64,000 bases of DNA from Ignavibacteriota bacterium (GCA_003142475.1 PLMK01000042.1:131586-195585); one strand, 5' to 3'; positions 38,002 through 47,406 are shown, counted from the first letter of the stretch. Notes: generated by a model from the sequence alone, not told the origin. Made by a program: numbers and translations.

Positions 38002-38913
38002 CTACTTTGTTTTCCATTCTTGATAAGTAGAACGATGTTCCTGATCGTAATTGGATAGTGTTTCATATACACTGCGATCAGGATAAGCTTGGAAGGCTTC
38101 AGCAATTTCTCTGTATTTTGCATCAAAAAATTGTTTCACAACTACACTGGAAGAGTTTTGACGCGTGCGAATATCATTAATTGACGCAATCGCTGTGAGC
38201 ATATTACCAAGTGCTTTTTGCTTTTCCGTAGTGAGCAAGTCGATGCCGTCAAAATGATAATTGTTGAAAGCGGTACGGAAGGCATTATACTTTACGCTGG
38301 AGAGTTCGTCTGTAATGCCAAACTTACTGTAGCCGGAAGAAGATTGCTGCCAATCTTTTGCTGCTGCTGAGTTGGCTGCCAATTGTACTGTGTTTAACGC
38401 TTTTTGAAAACAGGGAGACCCGGACATAGGGATGTACGTCTCCAGATCATATCCAATTATGAGATACGCATAGAAATCAAGAAATCCTGTTAATGGATCA
38501 AAAACCATTTCATCATGGTTCATCCGTTGATTAGGTGTGTAGGTGAAGTTCCAACTATTATCCATAATTCGAAGAACAAGTGTTGAGCGGTCAGATTTAT
38601 CATTGCCGATATAAATTGGACGCTGACTTAGTACGACAGCCTGTACCTGATAGCGGTTGTCGCTTGTTGCTGTTGTAAATGAAATATCCAAGCTGCATTG
38701 GATTTTTTCTCCGTCAAGATCTTCGCTTGAGAAGCGTGTATTGTTCATATAACGTTCAATATCTTGACTAAAGCTACGCAGATAACCAAGCTGAGCAGAT
38801 TGGATGGATTCCGTATGGATCGTGACAGAGCAATTGAGTTCTTGAGAAACAAGAAACGGAGTTCCAATTAATAGGAGAATGAAAAACAGGATTGCTACTT
38901 TTACTTTTTTCAT
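38002..38913 (-). CDS. Secreted hypothetical protein (DUF4835-like)
   Basis: Signal peptide at internal Met MKKVKVAILFFILLLIG; no catalytic motifs. Confidence 0.45.
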   Translation of the reverse strand: MKKVKVAILFFILLLIGTPFLVSQELNCSVTIHTESIQSAQLGYLRSFSQDIERYMNNTRFSSEDLDGEKIQCSLDISFTTATSDNRYQVQAVVLSQRPIYIGNDKSDRSTLVLRIMDNSWNFTYTPNQRMNHDEMVFDPLTGFLDFYAYLIIGYDLETYIPMSGSPCFQKALNTVQLAANSAAAKDWQQSSSGYSKFGITDELSSVKYNAFRTAFNNYHFDGIDLLTTEKQKALGNMLTAIASINDIRTRQNSSSVVVKQFFDAKYREIAEAFQAYPDRSVYETLSNYDQEHRSTYQEWKTK

Positions 38914-38927
38914 AGGAGGCTCATTCC

Positions 38928-39794
38928 ATGTTTGAACTAGGAAAATATACCCAAATTCTACTGCCTCAGCAAGTAAAAAGGTTAGGTTGCGCACTTATTG
39001 CTTGTTTGCTCATAAATCATCCGCACCTTTTTACAATGGAAAATAATGGGCTGGGCACGAAAGCCATTGGTATGGCAAATGCTTTCACTGCTGTATCGGA
39101 TAATTGCTGGGCAATCAATTACAATCCGGCAGGCCTTACCAGCGTAACTGCATTCCAATGTTCTGCGTTTATCGTTCCAGATCAATTCGGATTACAGGAA
39201 CTGCAAACAACGGCACTTGCTGCGGCGATGCCGCTTTCCTTTGCATCGATTGGAATTAAAGTAGAGAAATTCGGTTTCGATCTATATTCGGAAACAGAAT
39301 TTGGAATAGCGCTTGCTAAAAAGATTGACAGAAATATTTCAGCCGGATTATATTTCGGATATCAGCGGCTTGATATTGCTCGATACGGTACTGCCGGCAG
39401 CTTTTCCATCGATGGAGGATTAATTGCGCACATAATAGAAAGCGTAAATGTCGGTTTCAGTGTTCACAACATTACAGATGCAACTCTTGGAAGAACTGGT
39501 GAGAAGATGCCTCAAGTGTTTGACCTGGGGGCTTGTTGGCTACCGTTTCACGATTTTCATATTTCAATTGAAATGGAAAAAGATATTCGTTTCCCCGCGA
39601 GTATAAAAATGGGGATTGAGCAAATCGTGTTTTCCGTGATTGCGCTTCGTGCAGGAGTAGCAAATAATCCGGATAAGTATTCAGCAGGGATCGCTGTAAG
39701 ATATTTATTATTTGAGTTTGGATATGCTGGTTACAGTCATCCAGATCTCGGCTGGACTCATCAGATCGAACTTTCTCTCAAACTTGATAAATAA
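38928..39794 (+). CDS. Putative outer-membrane beta-barrel protein (T9SS PorQ/PorV-like or FadL-like, uncertain)
   Basis: Hydrophobic N-terminus; beta-rich; divergent from and overlapping the start region of the 38002-38913 gene. Confidence 0.4.
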   Translation: MFELGKYTQILLPQQVKRLGCALIACLLINHPHLFTMENNGLGTKAIGMANAFTAVSDNCWAINYNPAGLTSVTAFQCSAFIVPDQFGLQELQTTALAAAMPLSFASIGIKVEKFGFDLYSETEFGIALAKKIDRNISAGLYFGYQRLDIARYGTAGSFSIDGGLIAHIIESVNVGFSVHNITDATLGRTGEKMPQVFDLGACWLPFHDFHISIEMEKDIRFPASIKMGIEQIVFSVIALRAGVANNPDKYSAGIAVRYLLFEFGYAGYSHPDLGWTHQIELSLKLDK

Positions 39795-39796
39795 CT

Positions 39797-41815
39797 ATGC
39801 GTGCTTTTTTATTTATCTTATTCAGCATTGCCATTGCATCTCTTGCCAGCGCGCAAGAACAGTTAATATCAGATACATCAGATGTTTGGGAAGACAGTTA
39901 TTGGGAAAAGATATTGGAAACTGCCGTACAATCCGATGAAAATTCTACCATTGCCGAAGAAACAACTCAGCTTGAAGACGATCCACTTAATCTCAATACA
40001 GCTTCAGTAGAAGAACTACATCGAATTCCCGCAATATCAAATCTTATTGTTTCCAGGATTATTGATAGACGTAAACGCGAACGATTTACTTCTATAGATG
40101 AACTATTAGAGATCGAAGGAATGACACCGGAATTGCTTTCCTTCATTCGCAGGTTTGTGAGAATTGGAAGGATGAAGAAGGGTCCCAGCCTCAGTGCATC
40201 TTTTCTCAGCAGAACATCAACAGAAATTGAAGAGCGGCAAGGATTTATCAATGGCGCGTATCCCGGCACGCCGATAAAAATACTAAATCGATTTCATCTT
40301 TCAATCGGTAAGAATAAATCACCTTTATCATCCTCGGTTTCTGAATTGGAAGTTGGTGTGCTGACTGAAAAAGATCCCGGTGAACGAAGCATTACAAATT
40401 TCTCAACCTATTTCGCTGGCTTTTCCATCCCGTCAATCTCAACGCATTTTATAATTGGAGATTATCAAATGGAAGCCGCAGAGGGATTGATCTTCTGGAG
40501 TTCATCAGCGTTCGGAAAAGGAAGTGACGTTATTACGCCAGTAAGGAAAAATGGCGGCGGAATTCACCCGTACCTTTCATCTGATGAGAATTCTTTCTTC
40601 CGCGGTATCAGTGCTTCGATTGATTTAGACAAATTGCAGGTCCAAGTTATGTATTCCAACAAAACACTTAATGCAACAATAGATTCGCTCGGAAATATCT
40701 CGTCTCTATACAGCAGTGGATTATTCCGTACCGAAAGTGAACAACGCAAACAGAACTCATCACGAGAGACACTAATCGGATGCCGTGCAGTTACATATCT
40801 TTTAGATGGATTGAAGATTGGAGGTACCTGTTATCGTACTCGATTTGTGAATCCGTTCATGCTCATAGGCAATAATGGCGAAAGTGCATCTGAATTATGG
40901 ATGGAAGGAATGGATCTTTCTTTCACAAGCAAAAATATAGATGTGTTTTCAGAATGCGCTATTGATCGCGCAAACGCACTTGCTGTCATTGCAGGAATAA
41001 CTTATGAACCTGCTGCAATGCTTGCCTTGACAATTACTGCCAGGGATTATCCTTCTGCATTCCAAAGCATCCACGGAAATGCTTTTGGTGAGTTATCCGG
41101 ACAAGTGCAAAATGAGAGTGGTGTGTATGTCGGAATTCGAACGCAGCCCATGAAAGGATTGTGCATATCAACGTACTACGATCAGTTTGAACATTCTCAG
41201 CCGACGTATTTGATTCCAACGCCATCGCATGGCAACGATTTCCTTGCACTTGCAGAATATAACCTAACGGAACAATTTGAAATTGCATTTCGGTTCAAGA
41301 GAAAAGATTCGCCGTCTGCAATTTATGAAAATGATTTATACACAAGAATAGTTCAGCAGACAATTCCGAGAGTCCAGCACAATTATAGGCTGACAGGTGA
41401 ATTCGCATCGTCTCCATCGTTACGTTTATCAAGCAGAGTCGAATGGGTGACAGTTGACTACGGCGGAATACAGAGTGCAGAACAGGGGATGCTGATGTCT
41501 CAAGAAATTAAATGGAATTTATTTTATTCGCTGACAGCACAAGCACGACTTGCTATCTTTGAGACGGACTCCTACGATTCCGCAATTTACGAATTTGAAG
41601 ATGAAGTCCCTGGGGCGTACTCAAATCCCGCTCTCTATGGACGCGGCATGCGCTGGTATTGTATTTTGCGTTATCAGGTCTTTTCAAAAATGTATGTTGC
41701 TGCGAAGTATGCACAAACGGTTAAAGAAGGCGTTAAGTCAATAGGCACCGGCAATGATGAAATTAGTGGAGACAGCCAAAGCATTGTAAGCATACAATTA
41801 GAGGTTCGATTCTGA
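39797..41815 (+). CDS. Large secreted protein with ComEA-like helix-hairpin-helix DNA-binding region and C-terminal beta-rich (probable outer-membrane) domain
   Basis: Signal peptide; HhH motif LNLNTASVEELHRIPAISNLIVSRIIDRR; C-terminal ...QLEVRF. Confidence 0.55.
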   Translation: MRAFLFILFSIAIASLASAQEQLISDTSDVWEDSYWEKILETAVQSDENSTIAEETTQLEDDPLNLNTASVEELHRIPAISNLIVSRIIDRRKRERFTSIDELLEIEGMTPELLSFIRRFVRIGRMKKGPSLSASFLSRTSTEIEERQGFINGAYPGTPIKILNRFHLSIGKNKSPLSSSVSELEVGVLTEKDPGERSITNFSTYFAGFSIPSISTHFIIGDYQMEAAEGLIFWSSSAFGKGSDVITPVRKNGGGIHPYLSSDENSFFRGISASIDLDKLQVQVMYSNKTLNATIDSLGNISSLYSSGLFRTESEQRKQNSSRETLIGCRAVTYLLDGLKIGGTCYRTRFVNPFMLIGNNGESASELWMEGMDLSFTSKNIDVFSECAIDRANALAVIAGITYEPAAMLALTITARDYPSAFQSIHGNAFGELSGQVQNESGVYVGIRTQPMKGLCISTYYDQFEHSQPTYLIPTPSHGNDFLALAEYNLTEQFEIAFRFKRKDSPSAIYENDLYTRIVQQTIPRVQHNYRLTGEFASSPSLRLSSRVEWVTVDYGGIQSAEQGMLMSQEIKWNLFYSLTAQARLAIFETDSYDSAIYEFEDEVPGAYSNPALYGRGMRWYCILRYQVFSKMYVAAKYAQTVKEGVKSIGTGNDEISGDSQSIVSIQLEVRF

Positions 41816-42018
41816 CGCCTTGTGATAGCTTTTTTATTAGTCGTTCTTTTTTTTATCTTGATACAAAAGATCAATAAATGTGATTGATTGACATTTCGGG
41901 GAATTGCAGATAATGATTTTAATCGTCGTTTTTCTTCAAAGTACTTTGGTTCTTAATAATAAACTTTTCAGTATGAACTTGTTTCGTCATCTACATTTTG
42001 ATAATATTCAGCATAGTG

Positions 42019-42045
42019 GCTTAGCCGCCATCCGTTAGGCGGCAT
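42019..42045. repeat. Right half (L'-R') of an attC-like site: CTTAGCCGCCATCCGTTAGGCGGCAT; left half not found
   Basis: Near-identical to the right end of element A (33049-33071); contains consensus core GTTAGGC at 42034-42040; sits 38 bp upstream of the first cassette ORF. Confidence 0.5.
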
Positions 42046-42082
42046 TTTCTATGACATTGTGTAGAATTATGGGAGATTTGAG

Positions 42083-42451
42083 ATGCCCGACGTGAAGTTT
42101 GAAGATCATGGTAATAAAAAAATACTTCTCATAGATTTTTCAAATGCCAAAGACAGTCAAGGTATTGTTGATACAGCAGAAGAAGTCATGCGGCTTGTTC
42201 GCTCGATCAATCAGCAACGGTCAATTCGTGGAATGCTTGATCTTTCTGGTACACCCTTGAATAAAGTCGTCAGAGAGACTATGAGAAAAATGTCTAAGAA
42301 CAATGGACCATATATGAAATTAGTTGCTTTTGTTGGGCTTGGCATCCTTTTATCTCCTTTGTTCAAGGTACTGTTATTTGTGAGCGGGAAATCAAATCAC
42401 AGAGTGTTCAGTACAAGACACGATGCATTCGATTGGTTAGTCGGGAACTAA
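42083..42451 (+). CDS. Cassette-like ORF: hypothetical protein (122 aa)
   Basis: Own RBS (GGGAG); followed 14 bp later by attC-like element C. Confidence 0.45.
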   Translation: MPDVKFEDHGNKKILLIDFSNAKDSQGIVDTAEEVMRLVRSINQQRSIRGMLDLSGTPLNKVVRETMRKMSKNNGPYMKLVAFVGLGILLSPLFKVLLFVSGKSNHRVFSTRHDAFDWLVGN

Positions 42452-42465
42452 AAAATAGAAATGCC

Positions 42466-42665
42466 GCCTACCCAGGCGCTCAAGTGGCGCCGGAAGCGCT
42501 ATGGCGCCTAAAGCGCTCATTCGGCTTATCCAAAAGAATGAATCACGCGAAGCGTGATACTAACATTATTTAAAAATGGTGAATGAATTTGGTTCGTTTT
42601 GTGTATATTGTGCGCCAAAGGCGCAAAAGTTATCAGCGTGGCAGCTTAGCGCCCGTCCGATAGGC
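42466..42665. repeat. attC-like recombination site C (200 bp)
   Basis: Left GCCTACC-CAGGCGCTCAAG, right CTTAGCGCCCGTCC-GATAGGC; contains a perfect ATCACGCGAAGCGTGAT hairpin; next ORF starts 8 bp downstream. Confidence 0.6.
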
Positions 42666-42672
42666 AGCTATT

Positions 42673-43080
42673 ATGAAAACACAAATGACAAAGCAGATTA
42701 TCTACAATTTTGTTGAGGCAATCAACGAACATAACGTTGACAAAATCTGTTCGCTCATGACAGACGATCATAAATTCATTGATTCTCAGGGCAACGAAGC
42801 TGTAGGTAAAGAGCAAATGAGGGCAGGATGGATTGGATACTTTCAATTGTTTCCCGATTATAAAGTCGAAATTACAGAATTGTTTTTTAATGGAAACACT
42901 GCTGCAGTGTTTGGTTTTGCAGGCGGCACATTTCAAGGATTGAGTGATAAGAAGGAAAATTATTGGTATCTGCCTGCTTCGTGGAAAGCGATTACCAAGG
43001 ATGGAAAAATTCATTTGTGGCAAGTTTATGCTGATTCAAAAATTCCTTATGACATTATCAATGCAAGCAAAACACAATAG
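42673..43080 (+). CDS. Cassette-like ORF: SnoaL/NTF2-like (ketosteroid isomerase-fold) protein
   Basis: SnoaL-like pattern (IDSQGNEAVGKEQMRAGWIGYF...); stop TAG 43078-43080 abuts attC-like element D. Confidence 0.65.
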   Translation: MKTQMTKQIIYNFVEAINEHNVDKICSLMTDDHKFIDSQGNEAVGKEQMRAGWIGYFQLFPDYKVEITELFFNGNTAAVFGFAGGTFQGLSDKKENYWYLPASWKAITKDGKIHLWQVYADSKIPYDIINASKTQ

Positions 43081-43082
43081 CT

Positions 43083-43230
43083 GCCTACTCAGGCGCTCAC
43101 TCGGCTTGTCCAAAAGAATGAATCACGCGAAGCGTGATACTAATATTATTTAAGAATGGTGAATGAATTTGGTTCGTTATCAAAATATTGATAGTTATCA
43201 GCGCCGCAACTTAGCGCCCGTACGTTAGGC
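43083..43230. repeat. attC-like recombination site D (148 bp; canonical GTTAGGC core at 43224-43230)
   Basis: Left GCCTACT-CAGGCGCTCAC, right TTAGCGCCCGTAC-GTTAGGC; same ATCACGCGAAGCGTGAT hairpin. Confidence 0.65.
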
Positions 43231-43268
43231 AGCAAAACGTTCTTCAACAAATACAGGAGGATAATCCA

Positions 43269-43625
43269 ATGGGTGCTTTTACTCTTCTTTCGATGATACC
43301 GTGGGATACAATCTTCAAATACAGTCCGATTATTGTTGAAGCTGGCCAAAAGATTTTCAACAGTGTCAACAAATATTTCGGGAATACTTTGAAAGAAAGC
43401 GGCAAACCCAAAAAGGCTTCATTAGAACAATTAGATAAAAGAATAAAACTCTTAGAACAAAATGAACTTGAACAAGCGGATCTGATTGAAAAAATTGCTG
43501 TTCAGATAAACGAACTATCTATCGCCGCCAAGATTATTTCAAATAGAACATTGCTTGCACTTTCTATTTCATCTTTGTCGTTGGTTATCTCACTTGTTTT
43601 ACTTGTGATAAGAGTAGTAAGATAA
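43269..43625 (+). CDS. Cassette-like ORF: hypothetical tail-anchored membrane protein (118 aa)
   Basis: Strong RBS AGGAGG; C-terminal TM helix; stop TAA 43623-43625 followed by attC-like element E. Confidence 0.4.
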   Translation: MGAFTLLSMIPWDTIFKYSPIIVEAGQKIFNSVNKYFGNTLKESGKPKKASLEQLDKRIKLLEQNELEQADLIEKIAVQINELSIAAKIISNRTLLALSISSLSLVISLVLLVIRVVR

Positions 43626-43635
43626 TCGTTGTGCT

Positions 43636-43835
43636 GCCTATCCAGGTACTCCAGCTCGGCTTGTCCAGAAGAATGAATCACGCGAAGCGTGATACTAACA
43701 TTATTTAAAAATAGTGAATGAATTTGGTTCGTTATCAAAATATTGAAAGTTATCAGTGCGTCCGTTCCACATTTCAGGTGCAATGCAATCGCTTAGCGTT
43801 AAGAACGCAACAGACTTTGCACCTGTCCATTAGGC
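43636..43835. repeat. attC-like recombination site E (200 bp)
   Basis: Left GCCTATC-CAGG, conserved core with ATCACGCGAAGCGTGAT hairpin, right ATTAGGC; an extra GGTGCAA...TTGCACC hairpin is inserted. Confidence 0.55.
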
Positions 43836-43868
43836 AACCATGAGGAATATTTTTTTAGGAGCTCTAAA

Positions 43869-44243
43869 ATGTTAACAACACTACTCTTATTCGGCGGACT
43901 TTATTGTTTCGCATTTTCAGTATTTCATATTCTTTTTTGGAAGATCTTTCGTTGGCGTCAGGATTTGCACCGACTTTCACCAACGAATCGTGCTATCATG
44001 CAGATTCTTAACATGCGATTGATCTATATTTTTGTGTTTTTTGGTGTCATATCAATTGTCTTTCAGAACGAACTTCTGTTCACGGCATTTGGTAGATTCG
44101 TTATCATTGTTATTGCGGTGTTCTGGTTCATGCGAGCAATTGAACAGGTCATGTTCTTTGGTATCAAGAATTATGTTTCATTCGCATTATTTATTGTATT
44201 CCTTTTAGGTGGTGGACTCTATGCGTTGCTATTAATTGCATAA
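43869..44243 (+). CDS. Cassette-like ORF: 4-TM membrane protein (124 aa)
   Basis: RBS AGGAG; hydrophobic; no downstream attC-like site (array interrupted by transposase remnant). Confidence 0.45.
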   Translation: MLTTLLLFGGLYCFAFSVFHILFWKIFRWRQDLHRLSPTNRAIMQILNMRLIYIFVFFGVISIVFQNELLFTAFGRFVIIVIAVFWFMRAIEQVMFFGIKNYVSFALFIVFLLGGGLYALLLIA

Positions 44244-44354
44244 TAGAGTATGCTCGACTAACCGGGTGTTCTACAAAGTGGTTTGGCAAAGCCATCGCTT
44301 GGCATAGAGCGCTATGGTGTCGAAGGATCACATTTCGAACGCTAAAATCTTACT

Positions 44355-44576
44355 ATGAGAATGAACATGCTACGGCTTACCCGGCTAACCCTTAGTTTTA
44401 GTAAAAAGTTAGAGAAACACAAAGCCGCTATTGTATTACATTTCTTTCATTATAACTTTATGCGTATCCATCAAACGCTTAGAGTAACACCGGCAATGCA
44501 AGCATGTGTATCAAATCACATTGGGAACTGGCAGGAATTCTTAGGAATCGCAAAAACAGCAAGAAAGGCGGCATAA
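44355..44576 (+). pseudogene. C-terminal remnant of a DDE transposase (IS1/IS1595-like), 5'-truncated
   Basis: HFFHYNFMRIHQTLRVTPAMQACVSNHIGNW resembles the YNFxRxHxxL...TPAM...W tail of DDE transposases; no N-terminal catalytic region upstream. Confidence 0.5.
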
Positions 44577-44809
44577 ATAACAACTAATAAATAGAATTGA
44601 CCAGTCCAATAATACAATTGCAGCTTTTTTCCGTCAAAATAGGAGGTATATTGGTGGCATGTTTTTGGTGGTTAAGATATAATAATATTACATAATAGGA
44701 GGGGTAATAATTTGACAAAACTTAATTTTTTATTACCTTGCGTAGCAACCTACCCGCCTCATAAGATGGTAAATGAAACTAAATAATCGTCTCAAACGTT
44801 TTATTTAGT

Positions 44810-45148
44810 ATGGAAAAAGAACAAATGGCAAAAAAACAAATTGCGCTAAGAATAATCGGACAAAAAAAGGGCAGCATCTATATAGCTGTTTGCCTTGAAA
44901 CCGATATCTTTATTCAAGCCTCTTCCGTTCCAGAAATAAAGAGAAAAATGGCAGATGCTCTTACGGCGTACTTTAAATCATTTAGTTCAGACGAGATAGA
45001 ACAAGGTGTCTTTTTTAGAAAAGCACCTATGAAGTATCGGATTGGTTGGCATTTATTGACGGTTGTTAGTTTTACAGGTAAAATTTTAAAATCAATAAAC
45101 TTTAATGCCAATTACGATCCATACTCCCAACATCTAAAGCTTGCCTAA
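44810..45148 (+). CDS. hicB: HicB-like antitoxin (UPF0150 fold)
   Basis: YIAVCLETDIFIQASSVPEIKRKMADALTAYF resembles the HicB N-terminal domain; overlaps the hicA-like gene by 8 nt. Confidence 0.5.
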   Translation: MEKEQMAKKQIALRIIGQKKGSIYIAVCLETDIFIQASSVPEIKRKMADALTAYFKSFSSDEIEQGVFFRKAPMKYRIGWHLLTVVSFTGKILKSINFNANYDPYSQHLKLA

Positions 45149-45437
45149 ACAATATCCGCCCTTAACCCCTGAAGAAGTATTGGCAATTTTAAAAGTGCAG
45201 GGCTTTACATTGGACAATACTGTCGGTAGCCATGCGAACCATGTCGGTTATACCAACGACATTAAAAGAAGAGTCACGGTAGACCTAAAGATCAAAGGCT
45301 ACTCTCCAGAGTTGATGAAAAGCATGATAAGGCAGAGCGGTTTATCCCGTGAAGATTTTTATTGTTCAACCAAAAAAACAGCTGTAAAAATTAATATGAG
45401 AAAAAAGGTTATTAAGACTGAGATTGCCCCAAAGTAA
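45141..45437 (+). CDS. hicA: HicA-family mRNA interferase toxin
   Basis: VLAILKVQGFTLDNTVGSHANHV...IKGYSPELMKSMIRQSGL matches the HicA/YcfA signature (GSHxxx). Confidence 0.6.
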   Translation: MPKQYPPLTPEEVLAILKVQGFTLDNTVGSHANHVGYTNDIKRRVTVDLKIKGYSPELMKSMIRQSGLSREDFYCSTKKTAVKINMRKKVIKTEIAPK

Positions 45438-45606
45438 AACATCTGTTCATTCCCTCTTTTCCCTGTCTCAAAAGACCCCACTACTAACTTTTTTAGGCGC
45501 TTGCAATTAAAACGAAATTGGTAGACATTTGAACGTTCATTAATATTTTAAACTTATCAAATAATCATTTTTAATCACTTATAATCTGATTTTCCATATT
45601 CACCTT

Positions 45607-47364
45607 TTGGAAACCAGACAAGAAAAACGACCAAACCATAATATCGGAATTTCAATGAAGCGCACACCAAAGTTAAACAAAGTTCCTCATATCGATTCCA
45701 TTCAGGATATGGTGATTAAATCAGCAGGCAAGCATGGTGACAAACTCGCACTCGAGGATTTAAAAGATACACCTATTCCAAAAGTCAGTTACAATACATT
45801 ATTGAAGTACGTGCTTAAATTTGGAACAGCACTACACAACCTCAAATTGCCAGAGCGGAGCCATATCGCCGTCATTTCTGAAAACCGTGTGCAATGGTGC
45901 TTGACATATCTTACGTCGATGTGTTTTAATTACGTCATCGTCCCAATCGATGCGAAACTCAGCACCAACGAAATTCTCAACATCATCCACGAATCAGATA
46001 CCAATGTCATTGTATTTTCCGAATCCTTCGATTCAATGCTGCGCGAGAAGCGCCATTCACTAAAGCATATTAAATATTTTATAAGTATGGATTTGCTAAC
46101 GAAGAAAGACGGCTTTCTTTCAATGATCGAGTTGATCAATAACAGCCAGGGGTGTACTGTGGATGCTTTGCCACGGATAGATGCACGAGAATTGGCAGTA
46201 ATCATTTTTACTTCAGGTACACTCGGCAGAGCGAAAGGTGTCATGCTCAGTCAGCGGAATCTCGCTGCTAATCTCATCGCCATGGTCAGTATGATGATGA
46301 TCTATCCAGAAGATCGCTTCCTTTCTGTTCTCCCCATTCATCATACGTACGAATGCACGTGTGGATTTCTCTGTCCGTTATATTCCGGCGCATCGGTACA
46401 CTATGCTCGTTCACTCAAAACAGTGGTGGACGATCTTCAACAAGTGAAGGCAACGATGCTTCTCAGCGTACCGCTTATGTTTGATAAAATGTTCAAGCGC
46501 GTATATCAGGCAATTCATGAAAAACGCTTAACATCGATCATTGTACCGCCGCTGATTAAAATAACAGACTTCGCTGCGCGTTTTGGTTGGAAGAGCTCCA
46601 AGAAACTTGTTTTCGCTGAAATCCACAAACGCTTCGGCGGGCATATTCGCGCATTCATTGCCGGTGGAGCCGCTCCTGATCCAATGGTTGCAAAAGGGCT
46701 TCGCGATCTCGGCTTTACATTCGTGCAAGGATACGGCCTAACGGAAACATCTCCTATTCTCGCATTGAACCAGCTTGAGAATTTCAAAGATGATGCCGCC
46801 GGACTTCCGCTTCCCGGTGTTGAATTGAAGATTCATTCACCTAATGAAGATGGTGTCGGCGAGGTGTGGGCAAAAGGGACAAATGTAATGATTGGTTTAT
46901 ATAAAAATGAAAAAGCGACTCGTGAAGCATTTGAAGACAGCTGGTTTATGACCGGTGATCTCGGCTCTATCGATGAAGACGGCTTCCTTCACATTTGCGG
47001 GCGGAAGAAAAATGTAATCATTTCACGAAGTGGAAAAAATGTTTTCCCTGAGGAAATTGAAGACACTCTGCAGCGCAGTCCGTACATTCAGGAGTGCCTT
47101 GTCTACGGTGAAGATGATCCGAAATTAGATGAAATTATTTCGGCACAAATTGTTGTCGATGCGGAAGCGTTCATAGAGTTGTCAGAAGCTCGCGGTGTGC
47201 CAATCACTCCGGAACTTATCAACGACATAATAGCAGGTGAAGTAAAAAGGGCAAATGCCGAACTGACCAGCTTCAAACAGATTAAGAAATTCACAATCCG
47301 TGAATTAGAATTTGAGAAAACGACGACACAAAAGATCAAACGGTATCTAGCGCTGCCGAAGTAA
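45607..47364 (+). CDS. Long-chain-fatty-acid--CoA ligase (AMP-dependent synthetase/ligase family)
   Basis: AMP-binding motif IIFTSGTLGRAKGVMLS; GYGLTE; C-terminal KIKR. Confidence 0.8.
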   Translation: METRQEKRPNHNIGISMKRTPKLNKVPHIDSIQDMVIKSAGKHGDKLALEDLKDTPIPKVSYNTLLKYVLKFGTALHNLKLPERSHIAVISENRVQWCLTYLTSMCFNYVIVPIDAKLSTNEILNIIHESDTNVIVFSESFDSMLREKRHSLKHIKYFISMDLLTKKDGFLSMIELINNSQGCTVDALPRIDARELAVIIFTSGTLGRAKGVMLSQRNLAANLIAMVSMMMIYPEDRFLSVLPIHHTYECTCGFLCPLYSGASVHYARSLKTVVDDLQQVKATMLLSVPLMFDKMFKRVYQAIHEKRLTSIIVPPLIKITDFAARFGWKSSKKLVFAEIHKRFGGHIRAFIAGGAAPDPMVAKGLRDLGFTFVQGYGLTETSPILALNQLENFKDDAAGLPLPGVELKIHSPNEDGVGEVWAKGTNVMIGLYKNEKATREAFEDSWFMTGDLGSIDEDGFLHICGRKKNVIISRSGKNVFPEEIEDTLQRSPYIQECLVYGEDDPKLDEIISAQIVVDAEAFIELSEARGVPITPELINDIIAGEVKRANAELTSFKQIKKFTIRELEFEKTTTQKIKRYLALPK

Positions 47365-47406
47365 ACCATACGCGATTTATCGTAGTCAGATAACCATCGG
47401 TAAATC

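Noticed and set aside
42646-43023. Minus-strand 125-aa Cys-rich ORF antisense to the SnoaL-like cassette gene
   Set aside because: The plus-strand ORF has a clear SnoaL/NTF2 signature and sits correctly between attC-like sites. The antisense ORF is low-complexity and lacks a start context.
42019-43850. Possible CRISPR array because of regularly spaced repeats
   Set aside because: Repeat units are 148-200 bp imperfect inverted repeats separated by 350-410 bp protein-coding ORFs with RBSs. They are not 25-40 bp direct repeats with short spacers, and no cas genes are present.
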